IMG/VR virus record: IMGVR_UViG_3300045988_034936
Strand: one strand, 5' to 3'
DNA: 35,831 nucleotides
Source: a virus
In this document: positions 26,820 to 33,974 of the stretch, piece by piece
Position numbering within the stretch: position 1 is the first letter of the stretch
Layout: every line of letters begins with the position of its first letter
Program-made: the position numbers and the translations under genes
Notes under the pieces: generated by a model
The model's input: the letters and a program-made list of their open reading frames with translations, nothing else
What the model was told of the DNA's origin: nothing
The model's database searches: none

Positions 26820-28025
26820 ATGGAGAACATAGTAAATACACGGCATGATGCCGGTGGTTACGACCAGTCCGGCTATAAACATGCCATTTATGACGGAAAT
26901 GTACTATATGAAGCATTCCTTAAGGCAAAGAAAGGAAGTGATTGGAAAGGAAGTGTACAGCGATTTGAAATGGACTATCTTTTCGGACTGGCAAAAATAC
27001 AGAAAGAACTACAGGAAGAAACATACCGATTTAAAGAAGGGAGTTCATTTATTATTAGGGAAAGAGGGAAGGTTAGAAAGATAACGGGAGAGAAGATAGA
27101 TGATAGAATCGTGAAACATGCGCTTTGCGACGAGGTGATTAATCCCGCAATCAAGAAATACCTAATACATGACAATGGAGCAAGCCAGGTTGGAAAAGGA
27201 ATCGAATTTACCCGTCGAAGACTTGAACAGCATTTACATCAGTATTATAGGAGAAATGGGACAAATAAAGGATATATACTAATTATGGATTTTTCAAAAT
27301 ACTACGATAATATCAGACACGATGTTGTTAGAGATATGATGAAAAAGTATATAGATAACCCTTATGCTTTACGACTCATTGATAAGGTGCTTGAAAGTGA
27401 AAGGGTGGATGTGTCCTACATGACAGAGGAAGAGTACGGTTCCTGCATGGAAGATGTCTTTGATTCATTGAAATACTTCGACATTCAATCGGAAAAACTC
27501 ACGGGGAAAAAGTACATGGAAAAACATATGAATATCGGAAATCAGGTTGCACAAAGCGTTGGGATCAGCTACAGAATTCCGTTTGATAACTTTTTTAAAA
27601 TTGTAAAAGGATTTGATTCATATGCAGCATATATGGATGACAGCTATGCGATACATGAAAGCAAGGAATTTCTTGAAGAAGCGCTGGGAGAGTCGATAGA
27701 TGTAGCAAAGAGCATTGGTATAACTGTAAATTTAAAAAAGACTCGAATATGTAAGTTATCTGACATGTGGAGGTTTCTACAAATACAGTATTCTTTAACG
27801 GACACAGGAAGAGTCATACACAAAATTAATCCAAAGAGACTGACAGTTATGCGACGTAAAATGAAGAAACTATCTGGATGTTTAACGGAGAAAGAATTTT
27901 CCAACCTTTATCATTCATGGTTCAATAGCTATTCAAGATATATGAGCAAGAAGCAACGCGAAAACATGGATATACTTTATGAAGATATAAAGACAAAGCA
28001 CTACAAAAGGAGGAGAACATGTTAG
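26820..28025 (+). CDS. DGR-type reverse transcriptase
   Basis: Start trimmed to ATG 26820 (aaggagag RBS at 26801-26808). RT motifs present: ILIMDFSKYYDNIRHD (motif A type D-x-x-K-Y-x-D-x-I-x-H), IGNQVAQ (DGR-like [ILV]GxxxSQ variant of QGxxxSP), YAAYMDDSYAI (YMDD). Confidence 0.9.
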   Translation: MENIVNTRHDAGGYDQSGYKHAIYDGNVLYEAFLKAKKGSDWKGSVQRFEMDYLFGLAKIQKELQEETYRFKEGSSFIIRERGKVRKITGEKIDDRIVKHALCDEVINPAIKKYLIHDNGASQVGKGIEFTRRRLEQHLHQYYRRNGTNKGYILIMDFSKYYDNIRHDVVRDMMKKYIDNPYALRLIDKVLESERVDVSYMTEEEYGSCMEDVFDSLKYFDIQSEKLTGKKYMEKHMNIGNQVAQSVGISYRIPFDNFFKIVKGFDSYAAYMDDSYAIHESKEFLEEALGESIDVAKSIGITVNLKKTRICKLSDMWRFLQIQYSLTDTGRVIHKINPKRLTVMRRKMKKLSGCLTEKEFSNLYHSWFNSYSRYMSKKQRENMDILYEDIKTKHYKRRRTC

Positions 28026-28630
28026 CAAAATTGATAGGACAAAGTCTGTATTTTCCACCGGAAGGAGCAGATGAAGGAGAATTAATTGCAGATGGATATA
28101 AGGAATATGAACAGAATGACCCGCCAGAACATCTACCAAAAACACAACAGGCAGTATGCAAGTTGGAGGACACAGGAAATAAGATCGTTATGTCATGGGA
28201 TATTATACCTGCCCAGCCAAATCCAGCGGAAGCCATGCAGGAAATCCAGATACAGGCTATTTTATCACAAGTAACACAGAGCGAAGATAAGACTCTTGGT
28301 ATCAAATGCATGGAACTATTCCAAATGTATGTACAGGAAAAGCAGCACGAAGCAGGAGAAGTTGCTCTTCACCCGGATACCGGATACCCTAAAGAGTGTA
28401 TGACGAACTATGATGGGGCGATACAGACAGACTGGACGATAGACACAGCTTCGCTTTGGAAGCCGTGGCACAGTACAGATCCGGACTACGCACTTCCATT
28501 TGAACATCCAACCGGGGCGCACGACATATATAAAGCAGGCGAGTATATGATATGGACAGATGGGGATATAAAGAAGTGCATACAGGACACAAGCTATAGC
28601 CCGGACGAATATGCGCAGGCGTGGGAATAG
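28019..28630 (+). CDS. Hypothetical tail-associated protein with a CBM5/12-like C-terminal motif
   Basis: aaggagga RBS; overlaps the RT stop by 7 nt. The C-terminus WKPWHSTDPDY...YKAGEYMIWTDGDIKKCIQDTSYSPDEYAQAWE resembles the carbohydrate-binding CBM5/12 aromatic pattern. Confidence 0.5.
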   Translation: MLAKLIGQSLYFPPEGADEGELIADGYKEYEQNDPPEHLPKTQQAVCKLEDTGNKIVMSWDIIPAQPNPAEAMQEIQIQAILSQVTQSEDKTLGIKCMELFQMYVQEKQHEAGEVALHPDTGYPKECMTNYDGAIQTDWTIDTASLWKPWHSTDPDYALPFEHPTGAHDIYKAGEYMIWTDGDIKKCIQDTSYSPDEYAQAWE

Positions 28631-28646
28631 AAAGGAAAGTGAGGAC

Positions 28647-29120
28647 ATGATGAAAATGAATTACGCAGAACCAATTATAAACGGGTATAACGCAATCACA
28701 GGGACCATTGTTGCTGTATTATCCTATATATTAGGAGAGCACTGGTTTTTGTTTGTGGCATTTTTGTTTCTAAATGTGACAGATTGGCTTACCGGATGGA
28801 TGAAAAGCCGCATGGCTGGAAGAGAAAATTCTATGGCCGGGTGGAAAGGCGTGCTTAAGAAGCTAGGATACTGGTTAATGATTATGGTAGCATTTGGAGC
28901 CAGCGCGGTATTTATTGAAATCGGAAAGGCGATTGGAATTGACCTGGGTATTACGACACTGCTTGGCTGGTTTGTTCTTGCAAGCTTGATAATCAACGAG
29001 ATCCGTTCCATTGTAGAAAATTTTGTGGAAGCAGGTTACAACGTGCCAGCAGTTTTAGTGAATGGACTAGAGGTAGCAGATAAAGTAGTGAATAAAGAGG
29101 AGCATTCGGGGGACGCATGA
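28647..29120 (+). CDS. Holin (Phage_holin_4 / TcdE-like)
   Basis: Start trimmed to ATG 28647 (ggaaagtgagga upstream). Has tandem Met codons and three or four TM segments. WLTGW...GWKGVLKKLGYWLMIMVAF...INEIRSIVEN is typical of the family. Confidence 0.8.
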   Translation: MMKMNYAEPIINGYNAITGTIVAVLSYILGEHWFLFVAFLFLNVTDWLTGWMKSRMAGRENSMAGWKGVLKKLGYWLMIMVAFGASAVFIEIGKAIGIDLGITTLLGWFVLASLIINEIRSIVENFVEAGYNVPAVLVNGLEVADKVVNKEEHSGDA

Positions 29121-29136
29121 CAGCGTCCTCTTTTTT
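29109..29136 (+). terminator. Terminator-like hairpin plus T6 at the holin/endolysin junction (possible attenuator)
   Basis: 8-bp stem with one G.U pair, ggggacgc (29109-29116) / gcgtcctc (29123-29130). The 6-nt loop contains the holin stop. It is followed by tttttt (29131-29136) and then the endolysin AGGAGG. Confidence 0.4.
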
Positions 29137-29149
29137 AGGAGGAAAACTT

Positions 29150-30604
29150 ATGAGCATGAATGGAATTGATATCAGCAACCACCAGGCAGGACTTAATCTT
29201 GCAAAAGTGCCTTGCGACTTTGTGATCTGCAAGGCGACGGAAGGAACCGGATTTGTAGACCGGTATTGCGATGGGTGGATCCAGAAAGCCTTACAGCTGG
29301 GAAAAAAAGTAGGAGTGTATCACTTTGCCACTGGCGGTAGCTCTGGAGTAGCAGAAGCGGATTTCTTCTATAAAAATATAAAGGGCTATGTTGGGAAAGC
29401 AATCCTTGTTCTGGATTGGGAAGCAAATGCAGTGAATAGGGGAGTAGCCTATGCGAAAGCCTTTCTGGATCGGATCTACCAGCTTACAGGTGTGAAGCCG
29501 CTCATTTATATGAGTAATAGTGTAGTCCACGCCTATGATTGGTCCACTGTAGTGAATGCGGATTATGGGTTGTGGAATGCCGGATACTATGCCGGGTATG
29601 AAACGATGGGCTATAATCCAAATGCTCCTCTTTATGGCGGAACAGGAAAATGGAAGGCTTGCGCCCTTTATCAGTACACCTCATCCGGAAGGCTTTCTGG
29701 ATGGAACGGAAATCTTGACCTTAACGTATTTTACGGCGATAAATCAGCATGGGACAAATATGCGGGAACATCTGGTGTAGTTTCATCTGATCCAGACGGA
29801 GAAACAAAATCTGGTGGAACTGTTCAAACACGAAAAAATGATACAGGTGACGTTTCGTATCAAGTCCATTCCAGATGTTATGGTTGGATGGAAAGCCGTT
29901 GTGATGGCGACATGGCAGGAACTACCGGACAGAACAGAAGAATTGAAGCGTTAAAAATCTGGTTAAAAGAAGGAAAGATTAACAGCGTAAAAGTTCATTT
30001 AAAGACTGACGGAGACAAGACATATAACAATCCTACCAAGGATACTGTGATCGGTACTACCGGACAGAAAAAGCGTATAGAAGCCATTACAATCAATTCA
30101 GATGTTCCACTCCGTTATCGTGTGCATCAGAAAACATATGGCTGGACTGGATGGGTAAGCAATGGAAAAACAGCTGGTAGAACAGGACAATCAAAACAGC
30201 TTGAAGCTATTCAGATTTATAAACCTATGTTTTTAGTACGTGGTCACGTTCAGACTAGCGGTTGGAGCAGATACGTTGGAGACAAAGAAACGGTTGGAAC
30301 AACAGGAAAATCAAAGAGATTGGAAGCTTTGCAGTTTGATCCATTGGACGAAGTGATCGAGTGTTCGGCTCATATCCAGGGCGAGGGCTGGGTTCATTAT
30401 GGTGTAATCACAAAAGATACTGTAATTGGAACCGTAGGAGAAGCAGAAAGATTGGAGTGCTTACGGTTTAAGGGCGATTTTGAATTCAGAGTGCATGTAC
30501 AGGGAAGTGGATGGACAGACTGGACAGAAGCGGACGGAGTTGCTACATTAGGAACTACCGGACAAGCGTTAAGAATTGAAGCAATCCAATTCAGAAGAAA
30601 GTAG
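29150..30604 (+). CDS. Endolysin: GH25 muramidase plus six ChW (clostridial hydrophobic W) cell-wall-binding repeats
   Basis: Start trimmed to ATG 29150 (taggagga RBS). N-terminus MNGIDISNHQAGLNLAKVPCDFVICKATEG...VGVYHFA is GH25-like. The C-terminal half has six ~42-aa repeats of the form YxVHxxxxGW...G..GTTGQxxRIEAIxI. Confidence 0.85.
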   Translation: MSMNGIDISNHQAGLNLAKVPCDFVICKATEGTGFVDRYCDGWIQKALQLGKKVGVYHFATGGSSGVAEADFFYKNIKGYVGKAILVLDWEANAVNRGVAYAKAFLDRIYQLTGVKPLIYMSNSVVHAYDWSTVVNADYGLWNAGYYAGYETMGYNPNAPLYGGTGKWKACALYQYTSSGRLSGWNGNLDLNVFYGDKSAWDKYAGTSGVVSSDPDGETKSGGTVQTRKNDTGDVSYQVHSRCYGWMESRCDGDMAGTTGQNRRIEALKIWLKEGKINSVKVHLKTDGDKTYNNPTKDTVIGTTGQKKRIEAITINSDVPLRYRVHQKTYGWTGWVSNGKTAGRTGQSKQLEAIQIYKPMFLVRGHVQTSGWSRYVGDKETVGTTGKSKRLEALQFDPLDEVIECSAHIQGEGWVHYGVITKDTVIGTVGEAERLECLRFKGDFEFRVHVQGSGWTDWTEADGVATLGTTGQALRIEAIQFRRK

Positions 30605-30647
30605 AATTTTTAAAACGTTTTACTCTTTATACTTCGTTTGGTTAATC

Positions 30648-30668
30648 TTTGCTAACAATTTGCTAACA
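30648..30668 (+). repeat. 21-bp direct repeat tttgctaacaatttgctaaca, copy 1 (attP-region site)
   Basis: Exact second copy at 30844-30864. Each copy contains ttgctaaca twice. Confidence 0.8.
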
Positions 30669-30690
30669 AACTCAATTTTAAGAAATAAAA

Positions 30691-30737
30691 AATCCTTGAG
30701 GTTACCTATTTTACGGTAATTTCAAGGATTTTGTATT
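30691..30737 (+). terminator. Intrinsic terminator of the late/lysis operon
   Basis: 16-bp stem (two G.U pairs) aatccttgaggttacc (30691-30706) / ggtaatttcaaggatt (30715-30730), followed by ttgtatt. Confidence 0.65.
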
Positions 30738-30843
30738 ATGCGGAGAAAGGGACTTGAAAACATACCAATTTTTCGTAAAACATGCCAAAAATCAAGGTTT
30801 TATCCGCTTTTAAATAAAATTTCATGCCAAAAAATACCGATGT

Positions 30844-30864
30844 TTTGCTAACAATTTGCTAACA
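30844..30864 (+). repeat. 21-bp direct repeat tttgctaacaatttgctaaca, copy 2; overlaps the last codons and stop of the integrase gene
   Basis: Exact match to 30648-30668. On the minus strand it encodes the integrase C-terminus ...LLANC*. Confidence 0.8.
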
Positions 30865-31960
30865 GGTTAATGTTTTTTATTCGGTTGTTTCTCTCTTCTT
30901 TCATCCGTTCTGTTACGTGCATATATACCTCTCTTGTCACTTTGCTATTTGCGTGTCCTAATCTATCCGATATCGTTTCTAAATCAACCCCGGCTTCTGC
31001 CATCAATGCCACATGTGTATGCCGCATAATGTGAGATGTGATTTCTCTTCCCAGTACATTCTTGGCCGTTCGCTTTAAACATTTGTTATATGCATAATAT
31101 TGAACATGATTCCCATTTTCATCACACACAAATAGCCTAGTTCTTACACCGTTTCTCATGCATTCGCTCATAGTGTATGCTTTAATCTTCCGACACAAAT
31201 CTAATAATTCATCTTGCATATATACTTCCCTAGTTGATGTTAACGTTTTAGGTGCCGTGACAATATCGTTTACAATGTCAACCGTCTTATTCACACTTAT
31301 AATGCGATTTTTAAAATCAACGTCTTTTTGCTCAAGCGCGATTGCTTCGCCGATCCTAAGGCCGGATAGAGCAGTAAGAGCCGCCAACATTCGCCACTTT
31401 GTAACGGCTATATTTTGTAGCAGTTTTTTTAATTCGTCACGCTCTAAAAACTTTTCTTTTAGCCGAATAGCTTTCTCTTTGTCCTCATAAGGCGTAAGCT
31501 TATCAATATATCTAATATCGTCTATCAAATCGTTTCTATATCCCCATCTTATCAATGCTTTAAAACGCTTCAGACGTTCGTTAAGTGTTCCGTTTGGTTC
31601 TCCTGTTCTATTGAAACAATCTCTTACATACCCGGCAGTCAACCGATTAGCTATGACATCGCCGCCGAGAATCCTAGCAAGTGCATTTGTGGCAAATATG
31701 TTTCTTGTGTACGTAGATTTTGTTACCGTTCTGCTTTGATCTTCCTGGTAACGTCTTACAAGCTCTGAAATCGTAATATCTTCCGTTCCTGTAAACTTTA
31801 GTTTCTCTTTGATTTTGTCTGCTAGAATTTCTCTTGCCATCTTTTTGTAGTGATTCGTATTCTTTTCCAGTGTAACAGATGCGCTTTTTAATTTTCCAGT
31901 CATGGGATCGTTATACCTTTCGGTAAATACAAATTTTCCATTCCTTTTCACAACATACAT
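30848..31960 (-). CDS. int: Tyrosine recombinase / phage integrase
   Basis: Start trimmed to the Met of MYVVKRNGKF (aaaggagg RBS). The C-terminal catalytic region has ...LSGLRIGEAIAL... (R), HIMRHTHVALM (H-x-x-R) and ...LGHANSKVTREVYMHV (H...Y). Confidence 0.9.
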   Translation of the reverse strand: MYVVKRNGKFVFTERYNDPMTGKLKSASVTLEKNTNHYKKMAREILADKIKEKLKFTGTEDITISELVRRYQEDQSRTVTKSTYTRNIFATNALARILGGDVIANRLTAGYVRDCFNRTGEPNGTLNERLKRFKALIRWGYRNDLIDDIRYIDKLTPYEDKEKAIRLKEKFLERDELKKLLQNIAVTKWRMLAALTALSGLRIGEAIALEQKDVDFKNRIISVNKTVDIVNDIVTAPKTLTSTREVYMQDELLDLCRKIKAYTMSECMRNGVRTRLFVCDENGNHVQYYAYNKCLKRTAKNVLGREITSHIMRHTHVALMAEAGVDLETISDRLGHANSKVTREVYMHVTERMKEERNNRIKNINLLANC

Positions 31961-32071
31961 TGTATCATCCTCCTTTTTGCGTATAAAAATAACAGCCCGT
32001 CTCTTGCAGGCTGTCACCGAAGATGATACAATATATATTGAATTGCGGTGTATCTCTTCGGAGTGCACTTT

Positions 32072-32106
32072 CCGCTCTGGTGTTGGCGCGCCGGGGCGGT
32101 TTTTTT
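32072..32106 (+). terminator. Plus-strand intrinsic terminator in a region where both flanking genes are on the minus strand
   Basis: 9-bp stem ccgctctgg (32072-32080) / ccggggcgg (32091-32099) with two G.U pairs, then T7 (32100-32106). On the minus strand the wobble pairs become C-A mismatches and no U-run follows the stem. Confidence 0.5.
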
Positions 32107-32109
32107 GTA

Positions 32110-33165
32110 TTATTGTAAAGAAATTTCTTGAGTGTCTTTTGAATCATCAAGAGAGATAAAGTCCGATGCTTCTATAGTAACATTGTTATTGTCCGATAAA
32201 CTGAACACCTGACATACTTCAATGCTATTTCCTGGCTGGACATCCATCATGTAATTATTCACCGAGCTATTGTCCTCTGCAAGTATTGCAGTTTCACATT
32301 GTGCACCGTTTTGAAAGCATTGTATATAAGAACTAGCCGCCGCACTTGTATTTTCTTCACCTGTATTCGTAAATGTGTAATAATAATACAGGCAAGTTTT
32401 TCCTTCGTAGTCAGTTCCGGTTTCATGTTTTAAATATTTTACGTTGTAACCAGTTCCGTCAAAATCAATAATTCCGTCATCGTCTTTCCTTTCTTGTGAT
32501 TCCGTACTTTGCTTTTTGTTTGTATTGTCTTTACTGTCGCCGCTTCCTTTTGACGAAAAAGCGACAAATCCAGAAATTAAAGCCACAATAACAACAGCTA
32601 CAATAACTCCGATTGCAGTTTTATCCTTGCACACAAATAAGAAAAATATATGCAAAGCTGCAAATATAGCAGAAAGAACAGACCATATAGCCAAGTCGGA
32701 ATATGTACCTACATTTGCCGATCCCAAAAGCGCACCGACGAAATAAAGAATCATAGGAACTATAAATGCAGGCGTGCCTTCACGTTTTCTCATGCAAATA
32801 GTAACAATTCCAGCAATTGCCATGCACAAAGCTAATACAAAACCAGCTGATCCACTTACTTCTCCGCTACCAGAAAGAATATTTGACGCTCCGGCCGCAC
32901 ATGATTGAAGAGAAATAATAAAAAACAAAAGCAATGAAATTATACCTATAATAAGTCTAAACGTTTTAAACCTATATTGTGTTTCCGGCTCCTCTGGCTC
33001 ATATTCAATTCTTTTTACGGGTTTTCGTCTTTCTGTATTAGTGCGTTGCTTTGGTCTTTGGTTTTCCTCCCTCCATTTGTATTTCAATCGGCAATTATAG
33101 CACAATCCGTATTCGGGATTTTTCTTGCTTCTTTTTAGCTCTTCGCCACATCTAGGACACTTCAT
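32110..33165 (-). CDS. Lysogeny-module membrane protein: N-terminal zinc ribbon, four TM helices, C-terminal extracytoplasmic beta-rich domain (DUF4352/DUF5067-like)
   Basis: MKCPRCGEEL...CYNCRLKY, followed by hydrophobic segments, a K/D/S-rich linker, and then IIDFDGTGYNVKYLKHETGTDYEGKTCLYYYYTFTNTGEENTSA... Confidence 0.7.
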   Translation of the reverse strand: MKCPRCGEELKRSKKNPEYGLCYNCRLKYKWREENQRPKQRTNTERRKPVKRIEYEPEEPETQYRFKTFRLIIGIISLLLFFIISLQSCAAGASNILSGSGEVSGSAGFVLALCMAIAGIVTICMRKREGTPAFIVPMILYFVGALLGSANVGTYSDLAIWSVLSAIFAALHIFFLFVCKDKTAIGVIVAVVIVALISGFVAFSSKGSGDSKDNTNKKQSTESQERKDDDGIIDFDGTGYNVKYLKHETGTDYEGKTCLYYYYTFTNTGEENTSAAASSYIQCFQNGAQCETAILAEDNSSVNNYMMDVQPGNSIEVCQVFSLSDNNNVTIEASDFISLDDSKDTQEISLQ

Positions 33166-33362
33166 AATATCTTCCTCTCTTCCTTAGATTCCTTACATTG
33201 AGAAATTTATATAATCGCATAAGCGGTTATACCTATATTTGCATTAAAAGTGTAAATTTAGCTTATTATAATCGAACATTTGTTCTTTTTATTTTGCTTA
33301 ATCTGTGATATTATAACACTAAAGGAATTTCGATAGTGTTTTTGCGGATGGGAGGTAACAAA

Positions 33363-33470
33363 ATGGATTATAAAACAAAATTAATTAACCTTATAGCTAC
33401 TATAAACAACCCAAAGTTATTAGAGTATCTATACAAATTAATTAAAACGTTTTTAGAATTGCGGAGCTAA
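33363..33470 (+). CDS. Small hypothetical protein (35 aa), convergent with the repressor gene
   Basis: Below the ORF-track cutoff. gggaggt RBS 7 nt before ATG 33363. Translation is MDYKTKLINLIATINNPKLLEYLYKLIKTFLELRS. Confidence 0.3.
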   Translation: MDYKTKLINLIATINNPKLLEYLYKLIKTFLELRS

Positions 33471-33481
33471 TACAGCTCCGC
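33461..33481. terminator. Hairpin between convergent genes (possible bidirectional terminator)
   Basis: gcggagc-taataca-gctccgc, a 7-bp stem that overlaps both stop codons. Confidence 0.35.
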
Positions 33482-33832
33482 CTTTTCGGACAAACTCTCA
33501 ATTATTTGTTTCACAGCATTTCTGTCTGCCAAAGAAAGCGAGTAATATTTTCTTATCATATCTACCGTTTCAACATCCGATAAAATCCTTGCATCTAAGG
33601 ATGGGTCTGAATCAAGTTTTTCATCTGTTAAATCGGATTTACCAATCCCAAAATAATCCGCAAGCTTTTGAATTTTCCCAAGACCAGGGACGGAGTTTCC
33701 TTTACACCACATATTTAAAGTGCTTGGGTTTTCTCCTATATCTCTAGCTACTTCATTTTGTTGCTTTCCGTTTAATGAAATATAATAATTGAGGTTTTTG
33801 GCAAAAACACGTCTCTCCTTATCATCAGCCAT
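33467..33832 (-). CDS. cI-like repressor, XRE-family HTH
   Basis: FAKNLNYYISLNGKQQNEVARDIGENPSTLNMWCKGNSVPGLGKIQKLADYFGIGKSDL is a canonical XRE HTH. It is divergent from a cro-like gene. Confidence 0.85.
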   Translation of the reverse strand: MADDKERRVFAKNLNYYISLNGKQQNEVARDIGENPSTLNMWCKGNSVPGLGKIQKLADYFGIGKSDLTDEKLDSDPSLDARILSDVETVDMIRKYYSLSLADRNAVKQIIESLSEKAELY

Positions 33833-33855
33833 ATCTATTACCTCCTACGCTTTAT

Positions 33856-33884
33856 ATTATAAACGAATATAAAGAAAAATTCAA
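33856..33884 (-). promoter_or_regulatory. Leftward (repressor) promoter
   Basis: On the minus strand: -35 TTGAAT (complement of 33879-33884), 17-nt spacer, -10 TATAAT (complement of 33856-33861). The -35 overlaps an ATTCAAT operator half-site. Confidence 0.55.
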
Positions 33885-33914
33885 TATGAAATTCAATTAC
33901 TTTTAATTTTAGTG

Positions 33915-33943
33915 TTGACAATTCAATTTGATTGAATTATAAT
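33915..33943 (+). promoter_or_regulatory. Rightward early promoter with an embedded operator
   Basis: Consensus TTGACA (33915-33920), 17-nt spacer, TATAAT (33938-33943). The spacer is the palindrome ATTCAAT-ttg-ATTGAAT. Confidence 0.75.
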
Positions 33944-33974
33944 TTAACTATAAGATACGAAAGGAGGTATGAGG

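Noticed and set aside
30605-30847. Possible tRNA or other RNA gene in the int-proximal intergenic region, a common attB/attP context
   Set aside because: I could not fold a cloverleaf from this A+T-rich segment. The only strong structure is the terminator hairpin at 30691-30730. A tRNAscan run would settle this.
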